From: Dimorphilus gyrociliatus
Lineage: Eukaryota > Animalia > Annelida
DNA length: 64,000 nucleotides
NCBI GenBank assembly: GCA_904063045.1
Contig: CAJFCJ010000004.1
Coordinates: 861,713-925,712, forward strand
Direction of reading: 5' to 3'
Below the pieces are notes generated by a model. It was not told the DNA's origin, ran no database searches, and saw only the letters and a list, made by a program, of their open reading frames with translations. The translations under genes and the position numbers were made by a program. Shown in pieces: positions 49,490 through 61,500 of the stretch (positions are counted from its first letter, which is position 1; every line of letters starts with the position of its first letter).

Positions 49490-52400
49490 ATGGTTTATAT
49501 GTTATCTCTTATCCACCTTTGTGCTCTGCTTGTTTTTGCAACTGGAACGAGTAAGTCTTTTGTTTATTTACATTCGAAATAAGTGAGTTTATTCTACTCT
49601 TTTTATATAAAAATCGCCTTCTTTGTCGGTAGACGATTGATGGTTGAGATATAGAGACTTTCGTTTTTGAAATTTGACAAGGGTGTTTTTCTTATATTTT
49701 CAATTTTAGTCTTAAGATAAAATCTAAAATATTGGCCTTCTACTTCCCATTAATATCATTCTATTATCACTTTATCTATATAAAAACTTATTATTGCCAA
49801 AATAATTAGTTAATTATTCAATATAATTAAATTTATTCAATTTCGTCTCCTTTTTCTTCTCCCTTCCTATCTATTTTTCTCTCCTTTTTCTCCCAAATTA
49901 AATAATTAATTAATAAAGTAAAAAAAACCCTTTAAATAAATAAAAAACTTTGGTCAAAGTATATTTTTCTCTCTCTCATTTGAGTTACTCGATTTCTTGT
50001 CTATTACGTATCTAATTATGGTAGAGATGCTGACAATAACTTTTGAGTACCAGCACCTAAGTAATTGTGAAATTAATAATTAGCATTTTTTTTTCTTAAA
50101 GAACAAAAACACAAATTACTCTTTCCTTTTCCTCTATTGTTCTTCATGCCTAATTAAATGTAATTACTATAAACTACTGCAAGAGTTATATGACAGAAAA
50201 TTATACACGAAAGTCATGTAAATATAGGGCAATTTTATCTATTATTGTATTGATCAGTACCCCATGCCTTATTAAGCTGTTGAAAATGTATAAATATCTG
50301 TCTATGAGGAATTATACTCACCCTGTATTCTCACAAAGCAAGGTGCACGTTTGCAAAATATGCAAATGTATGTTTGCATTCAGTCATGGGGGTTTCTTTT
50401 TTGAACATTGTTAAATAATTTTATTAATATTTGCATAAAGTTGCAGAAGGTTGACCTTCTTATAAAAAATTGCTGAAAGGAGTTTTTTCTCTCTATTTTT
50501 CTTTTTAAATATAAAATATTTCCCCTTTTCTGATCGATACTAAAGCAATTTTAATACAAATTATCTCTAAAGTTACCTATTCAATTAATTATTCAACCTT
50601 TTATTTACAACTTGTTTATTATAGTCGTCATCCATTAATTAACTAATCTATATTCATTTTCTTAATCAGAAGATTACCTCAACGATATACGATATTATCC
50701 GTAAATCTGCCCAATTTACCATCATTAAAGACTATTTCGCACACGCGCCTATCACGTGACTATATGACCCGCGACAACCCATTAATTAGTTGGTGGAAAG
50801 GAAGTTCAATGTTTTTCAAACAATAAAAAGGGACGGATAGGGACAAAGAAAGTTGTACAGATTCAAGTACTCTTTCCCCATATTTTTTGCTAGTATTAAA
50901 CTTGCCCTTCAAATCCAAAGAGGGTCGTTCGTAACTAGGAATTTTTGCAGAAAAATTGCCCGACTGGAAAAAAAATCCGTTAGCAAATAAGGGTTCCCTG
51001 TGTCAATGGGGGATTTTTTTGCGCAACGACGTTGTTACATGATTAAACGAGGCGCCAGGTGCGTTCCAATTCTTTGAAAACAAAGAAGAGTATTTTTTCA
51101 CTGGTAATTCTTCCTTTTAAAAAAAATATTATTAATTATGATAGACAAGGTGCGGCTATTTCAATTAAATATATAGATATATATATTAATATGTACAAAT
51201 GTATTCTGTTGCTCTGTCTATATATATATACAGTATGTGTATACATGTGCGTGAGCGTATAAAGAGGTATTATCTTCTTTAGCGACCCCTATTGGAGAAG
51301 ATCTTGTTCTTGAACGGACGTTTTTTTTTTTTGGCATAGTTGAAATCTTTACTTTATATAAAAAAGAAAGATAGGAGAAAATAATAGACAAGAAGAAGAA
51401 AGCAATGAATGATTAAGAAGGAATGAATGAGTAAAAGAGAGGGAGAAATAGTAGAAATTTTTTTAAAAAGAAAATAGATGAAAACAGACGACATATCGGA
51501 TTCACTTTTTTTTATTATATATGATCGAATACTTTGATTATTTCCTTAAATTCCAGATAAAATCTAATCAGAGCTAGGCGTTATATTTCACATTGAAATC
51601 TTCAAGAATCTATACAAGTTCTATTGTTAACAAAATAAGTTTCTGAAACAATTTTGTCGTGTAAAACGACAAGTGAAATGTATAAAAAGAGAAGAGCTAC
51701 TCTTTTTTTCTATTGAATGATTGATGAAGAATTAGATCTATATGGCATTAGGGCTATAACCACGAAAGAATGGGCTATTCTCTGTTATTACCCAGGTAAT
51801 TTAAGATTATAAGGATATTGGAATAACCTTCATTAGGGAGATCACCAAGACGGCAGAAAAAGGCCCTGAGGAATTTTTGAGTAGGTTATAAAAGGTCATA
51901 AATTATCTTTCAAGGCAGAGATCATTGGGAGGTGTTAATCTGGTGGATCAGAAGCTTATTCTAATCGGCTTGGGGCATTATTGATTATCCAAACTATTTC
52001 TCTCTGCATAATCTCTTTTTATCGTCTCCTTTAAAGATACCATAAATTCTGGATAATCAGTAAGAATAGGAAGACACTGTCGGCAAGTTAATTCCCCACT
52101 ACAAAAACTGTTAGACAAGAGACGAGGCGTCATTTGCAAGGCGTCACTTCACAATTTATAAGGTCGTCTGCCAGGGACGTTTCCAATTAGATATTGAGAT
52201 GAACTTGTTTGTTTTCTATTTTTGTACAGCAGTTAAAATTTATGAGTAATGATTCTATAGTAAATTCAACATCAAATTTTATCGGAAGAATTACCATAAT
52301 CCGTTTTTAAAGAGATATAAAAAACTTCAAAGGGAGCAAGAGCATGGTGTACAAGTTTTAATGAGTATGATGCGTTGGGCGCTAAATCCTATCGAACGAC

Positions 52401-52519
52401 GTATTAGAGCGTATACATTGTTAATATATGCAAAAATGAAGAATTTCGAGTAGGATTTTTTCTTTGGATGATTGATTACTGTGCTTCAAAAGGTGAAAGA
52501 TTGAAAATTTGAAAATCGG

Positions 52520-52559
<40 letters not shown>

Positions 52560-55500
52560 CGAGGGAAGAAGAGATATTTTTAACCGTTAAGTTCGTATCA
52601 CGAATTCTTAAATCATAGTAATTATTATTTTGCTCTCCTCCGTCAAGTTTTAGGTTAAAGACAAAAATATCATATTTATCCTATGCTTTAAGCGTATAAC
52701 ATTACAAACGAGAATTTTATCATCTCAGAGAAACATGCAATAGATTACATAGTATTACAGTGCATCTTCACCTTTTTACTAGTGCACAAATTGCATTAGG
52801 AACAACTGACCAAATCGTATAAGATGGGGTTAATTCTTAGGGTGGCACACTACCTTCACTCTAGCGGAATAAATGGACGGCTGTCCAACTTCAAGTCGAT
52901 TTTATCCCTATAAATCTTTAGAAAGTAGTAGAAACTCCCAGTGACAGGCAGTAATTAATCAAGTATTGAAGTCACCGCCGTATGAATTATTCCCCAACAA
53001 GAATGAATTTGTATAATCGCTATCGCCGCAGGGTGTTACAACCGACTTGACAGCTGGCAGTTAGCTAATTTCTAAACAGCTTTGTAGCAAAAAAACGCGA
53101 AAATCATGAGGCGTGAAGCGGAGCTGAAAGGTGATCGTCAAATACAATAGGCTTAAAGGAGGTGAAGTTTGACGGGTGTTTGAATTTATATGTATACGTG
53201 AATTGTTGAGTGGTATTCGATAACCTTTGATAATTATTTAGAGATGCTAATTGATAGTTTACCACCAGTTGATATTCCAGGTTGATTAATCAGCTTTGAT
53301 TCCGTTGTTGGTGACTTTTTTTTTCTTCCAATGTTTACCTTTTTAATAAAGCCGTTAAAGGACTAAAAGTAGGATTTGATACGCTTCAATTTGCTTGAAT
53401 CCCACTTACGAGCCATATCACTCCCTTTCAACACTAAGAGTATATCAAAGATATAATGGGATATCTTTTTTAAGTGAAGTATTCATTTCAATTAATTATT
53501 TAAATTAAGTAATAAATTTATTATTATTAAACAGAAAATAATGGAAATTATCTATTAATTCTCTTATTTTCTTTATCCGTCCTCTTCTTTTTCTTCTTCT
53601 TCTTATCCTTCTTCGTCTGTTTTTTCTTTTTTTTACACTTATTTAGTTAAGAACAACATTACCACAAAAAAAAACAATCATTCAATGTTCAGTAAATAAA
53701 CTATATTGTATACAGGTGTCGTTCATAGTATTTTATATAGAATTTCATTATATATATATATATATGTAAGAACATATATTTATATATTAGAAGATTGAAT
53801 AGAAACTTTCCAAACGTTACTCATCCTTGACAAAGTTACGCAATTTCCTTTTATCATTCTCTACGAATTTTCGTGCTTAAATTTCCGTTAAAAAGAACAC
53901 GACAAGATAATTGTACATTTTATACAAAACAATTTGCGTGACTTGTAGAATAAATTAGAAGGGGTAAAAAAAAAATAGAAGTAAAAATAAGTGAAAGAAC
54001 AAGAGAAAGAGAAAGAGAGAGAGAGAGGGAAAAGATAAAACCACTGTCTTTTTTTCGTAGACCTAAAATTATGACTTTTCCATTATCTTAACTTTTTTTT
54101 TCTTTGGCCTCTTCCAAACCTCTTCGTTCTGTTCTTTCTCTTTATTCTTCTCCCTTTTTTCCCCTTTAAATATCTTTTCTGTTAGCTCTATAGCGTTTTC
54201 TTGCATATGAATCTTTTTTTTTTATTTGGTAAAAAAACAACGAAGAGGGCAAGCTTTATATTTAAAGGTTAAAAAACTACAATATTGCAGTATCGATTCG
54301 TAACAACTGTAGATGTTTAGACGATCAAAGGCGCGTGCTATTCGAGTACATCTGTCTATATACGTGTGTAACTCGATATGTATGTATTGCTAGGTTAATA
54401 ATGTATATGAAGATCGATTTTTGGAAATTAATATATATATATAGCATCAGTTTCTATACGGATGGAGGAATTTTAATAAAGGAATTCCTTAGAGAATTAC
54501 TTTCACTTTTTTCAATTGAATTTGTAGGTGAGGAGAATTTAATGCTTCATGGGAATCTCCATATGGGTAAAAGAGTAGAAAAGTACCCCTGCGAGTCTAG
54601 TACCTCGTAGATAGTTGTATACAACTTTCCAATATTTATCAAGGACTTTCAAAACGAATACGTCATACAGTCAAGTTAATTATCTAACAATATCAAGCTC
54701 TTAGGTATTTAATGAAATATAAAAAATACATATAAATAGGACTAATTTTCGTACTTTCTAAAGAGTATAAAAATAGACATTTAGAATTGATAAAGCTTAG
54801 GTTGGTTATTGGCAAAGAAAGATATCTAGAGATGGAAAGAGGGAAGAGAGGGAGGAAAGACAGAGAGAGAGAGAGTGAGAGAGGGGAGAAAAGCAAAGGA
54901 AAATAAAGCCATTACTAATGGCCTTTCTCGCATGCAAAGTACAACTTTCTTTCATAATTCATTCTGAATTTTTATGCCCCGGCTTCCTTGGTGTAATCAC
55001 AACAGGCGTCTAGCTTCCATCACGTAGACGCGTAACGCGAATTTTCGCTTAGTAGACAACGTTAGCGGCTTCCTGTTCGACGCCATCTGCTCAGCGACGC
55101 TTGCTCGATTAAATCTTCGATGAGACGTAATCGAAAAAACAATGTCGAAGTAAATGCTGACGGAAAATCGGTTTTAGATGTCCATCTGTTCAATCTTCTT
55201 TTTTATACAGAGATACATAGATACGCTTAATGACCAATATTCACATTCCACTGTCTCTATAATCCCATAGTAATTAGGAGGTTCCAACCCTTAATCCTTA
55301 TCCGATTTTCATTTTTTGTGGTCGATTATGGTGGCTTAAATTTATAATTAGGGTTTTAGGGTCAGAAAATTTGGTTTTTCAAAGATTAAATTTCTTTATA
55401 TAGAGCCAAATTACTCTACAGTTTTTCTTGTTGAAAAATATACAAAAGTAACTACCAAGTAAACAAGACTATTTTGTCAAGCTTCTATTATTATTCACAT

Positions 55501-58500
55501 GAACTGAGTAGGATGTGGGAGTTTTCTTTAAACTTAGTTATTTGGTTGTAAAAAAAGAAATTATGTTCTTTCTTTCCATTAGACCTACATCGAAGCTGAT
55601 AATTTGTTTTTCATAGTCAGTATTCAAAGTATTTTTATGAGATTAGCAGATTATTAAATGTTTCGAAACATTCTTTTTTTTTGACCAATCCTTCTACTGT
55701 ACGGAATAGTCTGTCTAGCAGATCAGAAAACCTCTATGACTGGAAAATTTTCCCTCAAATCAAGCGAGATTCGATCAAGCGCAGTTTTACAGTCGACTGG
55801 AAACTAGTAAAAAATTTTTGTGGATTTGTGCAGTAATTTTACACAAAGCCAGTTCGATTTCTATATTTTTGACAAATTGCCTTAAAAAGGGAGAGGAGAG
55901 ATTAAATTCACTGGTAATAGGCCAAAGGAAATCTAGGTGTTACATAATGAACGTTATATTGGTAATAGGCCAATGTAGGTCAATAAAAATCTGATGAAAA
56001 ATTCAGAGTGTAGTAGCAAGCGTGATTGAACTAAAGATCTTGCAGGGTAACTTTATTTATTATACCATTTTTGAGTAATCAAGAGATTTCTTAATTATTT
56101 CGTGAATCAAAACTGTGACAAATATAGTAAATGTAGTAGCTTAGCTATTAGTCATCCTCTAAACTAAAGTACTTTACTGTCTTGTCCCATGGTTACCGAC
56201 GAACTGTAATTAATTTTCATGCTGCAACTGAATACAGAGAATATTATATATGATGTTTATATAGCTTATACAGTGTATACAGAATGTATGCGTATTATAG
56301 ACAAATCCCGTATGCTTCATGTCTCTACACTGTCGTATTCCCTTTACTTTATAAATATGAATTAATAATTAATTACTACTCTATAGAACCTTAATAAGAT
56401 ATCGTTGATTGAATCCTTCAAATCAGTAGAAGTTATCCCAAGAGCAATGAGGGCAAAATTGAAAAAAGAACGGAAGCAAGGAAAGAAAAGAGAGAAACTT
56501 TCTCGTTGCCTAAATCGATTCAAATCTTTTCTCTCTCTCCCCCCTCGCTCTCCACCCTTTTGCTCTCTCTCTCTCTCTCTCTCTCTGTTTATTTCTTATG
56601 GTTAAGAACGCGAATAGATAACTATACAGCGCAAGGGAATTCGCTTTTTTTTCCGAATCTATCTATTCAATAGTTTGTTGAAAAGGAAATAATGAAATCT
56701 CTTCATTTTCCTATAAATAAACATTTGGAATTTATCCAAGTCATAAAAGAAAAAATTGATAAAATAAAAGAGCAAACAAAAAGTCAGATTTAAAAAAAAA
56801 TTGAAAATGCCAAACACGTAATGGCGTAAAGATAGCTGTTATTTGCTAAGGGAATTTGGGAGTGACGGAGGGACAAAGTCTAAAACAACGATTTTGTAGT
56901 CTGTTGCAGTAGCTATTAATGTTCTATATGCAGTAAAAAAAAGTGACGCCTGCAGTCGTATTTCGCTTGAATTATTTATAATCGTAGTTTGTTCAAGAAA
57001 AAAAAAATCTAACTCAAAAGTAGTAGAATTAGCTTGATCAATAATGACGGCAGCTTTTTTAGAAAATTGATGAAGCGTCGCGTCAATGTATACACGTTTG
57101 CTGTCAAAATAATGAAACGTGCGGGTTCTTTCATCAAATTTGAATAGTTTCTGCAATGTATACTCTATTATTGCCGTACTTGTCGCTCAGGTGTTAATTT
57201 TTTCTTATCTTTTAATAGTTCGTTTACAATTTGATATAAACATGGAAATTTTTGTCAATGCCATATTGGAATTTTATCCGAGTCGACAACTGCAATACCG
57301 CAATGAAATGTACACTGTATTTTCTTGTAGAAGGGAAGGAGTTCAATAAATCTCAAATTACAACTACGATACTGGGGAAAATCACGCAGACGTATTAAAT
57401 AGTATAATATTTTTCATCGCTTTATACATTTTATTTATTATTTAATACTACTGTAGTGTTTTTTATTAACTAGTACAAAGTGTATAATTATTAATAATCT
57501 TTTAAAATGAACTAGTAAATGGGGGATAAAGTAAATAGAGGAATAGGAGAGAAAACTATTAAGAACAAACTGTGAAGTTTTAATATAATAATGGAAAGAT
57601 TAAGAAAATATCTAAACAATAAATATTAGGGGACCACATAAAAGACAATATTTATATAATATTATATCCGTAAAGTATTTTCTTTCGTACGCTTTTGTTA
57701 TTCTTAGTGATTCTCGCCTGAGGCTGAAAATGTTACTTTATAACATACCAACGGAAAATTTTGCTGTTAAATTTTAGTATATTAATATTCTTAGGCCAAA
57801 GACAAACAAAAGAGAATGTAATTTAATTATTATTTATGCTGGAAGGGGTAATAATACAGTTTGCCATACGAAAAGAGGTTAAGATATTGCTCACGCCTTG
57901 TTGGAACTAAAAAAAAAATTCCGTTAGTTTGGATCAATATGGCCTTTTGTTCAACGTCGATCATCATACTGAAAAAAAAGAGTTCTGCAATACTCGTCAA
58001 GACCTTTTCTTTTTATCTAACTCTTTTTCCACTTTTCGATCAAGGCAAAAGAAAAATTTAAAAACTATTTAGTTAAAAGTCGAGTAGTTCTCTAGTGAAG
58101 TTTTCCTTGATGGAATGCACTCATTTAGCAATCAATATTCGATTTATTGCATTATCACTCAAGTAAATTTTCTGCTGAAGACAATCGGAAATTGGGAAGA
58201 CTAAGGAATAAAGAGAGAGAGAGAGAGATAGAGAGAAATCACTAACTAGACATTTAGTTTACTGAGAGAGAGTGAAAAATCTCTTAAAGTGTATAGGTAG
58301 TGTATCTATGTGTGTGTGTGTATGTGCGTGTTTTCGTTTGATGGAACGCTCAGGGCAAATATCTAGGCAGTTCGCTTTCTTCCCTTTTACTCCTCTCTTT
58401 GTTTTCGATTACATAATCTTCTTGAAGATTTTCTTTAAAGGGTTTCGAAGCAAAGTAACGCTCAAGGTTATTTTTTAAAAGTATAGATAAGAAGGTAAGA

Positions 58501-61500
58501 AAGCTTATTCTTCAACTGAAAAATTTATAGCCAACCTCTCTTTAAATGTAAATAGATAGCTTTTTGCCTGTTATTCGAATAAATATAAATTTCTATATCC
58601 TGTTTACGTTCAAGTCACCATTCAAGGGGTTAATGAAAAAAAATAAAGAACTAACTATTCAAAATTAACTTAATAACCCTTTACTTATGCAGTATATATT
58701 TTTAATTCTTAAAGAGTATACCTTTTTCTTTCCCTTCCCTCATACCTTTCCTTTTTTTTCCGATTCGTGACTAATTTCAATTTTCGAAGGAAATTTAAAA
58801 TGAAAGAAAATTCAATCATACGTAAAACTGTAAAATGAGGTATTGAAAGTCTGACATTTGCCATAAAATTTCTTTTCCAAAGCTCTTTTTTTTCTGGATA
58901 AAATAAGGAGGGAAAAGGAAAAAAATTCACACACAGATATATATATATATATATATACAGTATATTAGTAGTACAATTATTTATAGTTAACTTATTTAAA
59001 CTATTCAAGATTTGTTACAGTTTTTTTTAAAAAAAAAAAATAACGAAAAGAAAGTTATGCTTAAAAAAAAAATTGACGCAGTCCCTTCTGTAGTTTTCTT
59101 AAATCTGCTTTTATTTAATTACGGTACAACAAAATCAATTTGTAAACAAGCACGCGAATCTATAAACACTTTTGACCGACAAATGAAACATTCTTGCAAT
59201 AGGGAAGAGAAAGATAAATAAAGGAATATATTTGTTTATTGGTCAAGTATCCTTTATTATGAATGAAAATTTATCTGCAAATTGTTTATTAGAGTATAAA
59301 AAGTTTATTAGTAAAACCATTACGGTTAACTAATCTACTCGTTTATCAGTGTAAAGTTAGTAGGAATTTTTTCTCAGCATGGATTCCCCATTTCTTATCA
59401 TTATTAACAATATGTTATCTGATGGGAATAGGGTACCGGATTAAGATCGTTATCGTTGTATCGTTATTTCTCCAATTTTCCAGCCTATCTTTCGAAATCG
59501 AAACCGGTTTTCTGTTTCATTTATCTGACCTATTGGACTCGCGTTTTCTAATTAAAATAAACACCGGGATTTAATTAACTTTACTCTTGTTCATTGAGGT
59601 CAGAAAATACTTCTAAGGCTTGAAAAAGTATTCCACATCTAATTAAAAATTTACCATATTTCACAATCGTCGAAAATAGATAAAATACCATTTTTTGCGT
59701 TGTACAAACAATTTTACCATATTTATTCTGACGTTTAAATTGCTTAATATTGATAAATAACTACCGTTTTTTTTCTTTCTTTGTCAACAGAGCAAAATTT
59801 TGTAGCCAATAATTGCAAAATTGGGAAAGAATTGCACGGAATATGGTACGATGTTCAAAAAATGCAATACTTTTCAATCAATCAAATAAACTGGTCGAAA
59901 AAGGAAGAATGCATTGCAGAAGAAAGGAGATCGTCCGATAGCGTTAAATATTATATTAAAACTAAAGAGTAAGTGTATTTTTATCCTTTTCTTTTGCTTT
60001 TGAGAAACGAAACTTACAAGGACTCTTTCGTCGTCCAACTGAGGATAAAAAAATTCCCATCCTATAAATCTAATGAACGTTACTCGATTGATGCTCATTT
60101 TATAGGAATAATTGGTTAGTTCCGCATCCTCTTTGTCCACCTTATTTTACGCAGGCCAAAAAATTTATTTTCTAAATGAATAGAAAAGATATATTAGGCC
60201 TACATTGTAAGTTAGAAGAATTGGTATTCGTTAGTTTTCCATTGATAGCATAGTCTAAGAGATAAATTAATTTATGATGAATGTTGCGAAAACGAAAATT
60301 GATAAATGATGTTGCAAAGGGAAAAAGTAACTAGCATAGAAGAGATACTAACAAAATGGGAGGAGAAAAAGAGGTTTGAGGAAGGACACACACTTAAAAT
60401 AGAGAAATGTTGAAATAGAATAGTACCTAGAAGAGTATTTAAAGAGTTATCCTAAAAAGCATTATTGTAATAACACAACAATTTACCATGTATGCACTCT
60501 TTACTAGGCTTAGTAATATTAAAATTTCATACTTTTAACAGCGTGTTTGCCTTTGATGTTTTTACGATTATTGTTTATCTTTTGAAAGGAAACTGCTATA
60601 GTATTGTGTTAATTGGAGGCTTTTTGTAGGATTATTATTAATAATTTCATGATTTTATTGAAGTTAGAAATATCGTTATAAATGTATATTTCGAGAAATA
60701 TCTTCCCCAATAATAATGAAAGAGAAAAGCTGCTAGATGTATTTAAATAGTTAATAAAGATTTTTGATAAATTCACTTATAAAATCTTTGATTTAAGCAA
60801 TAATTTAATATAATGGCCTTTTGTAAATAGGCACAGTCTGATTAAATATTTTTAGTGTCGCCTTTCGTTAAATGAATTTATAAGAAATGTATATTTTATT
60901 TTCAGATTTTATAATAAAGGAAATATTTTCTCTTTAATTAATTAAATTTAATAAAAGTGTACGAAATTAGAAACTTCTATTTGCATAAATAATTGAATTT
61001 TACATGGTAATTATTATCAAATAGCGTTTTAATTATGTACAAAGCTTACTTAATAAACATTTTGTTTCTTTTCTAGCTGAATATCAATATATAATAGCTT
61101 ATTCTTATTCTTTTATATTTATATATAGATATATGTTTATAAATGTAGTAGTACATATATAAATATACTTTATATGTATATTATATATGTAAACAGTTCT
61201 ATAAAGTTGACTATATGCTCTAATCGCATCAATGTCAAAGCACCTGCCACAATGGTCAGGAAAAATCTATTTTCCATTGAAAATAATCCAGTTTACGTAG
61301 CATTCGTTGACGTACCGATGATTGCGTAATCGAATAAATGCTTGAAAAGTATTATAATAAAGGAGACGTATAACGAAACGACCGAATGATAAATTAGTTA
61401 AAATTGCTTTATTGCATGACAAACAAATATTTATAAACAAAAGGCTAAAAAGAAAAGAACTGTAATGGGTAGTGCGCTATTATACCAGTTTGCTAATTGC

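Noticed and set aside
54990-55085. Minus-strand 29-aa ORF MASNRKPLTLSTKRKF...
   Set aside because: Too short, with no convincing in-phase donor. The patch is better explained as a regulatory CpG island with a CTCF-like motif.
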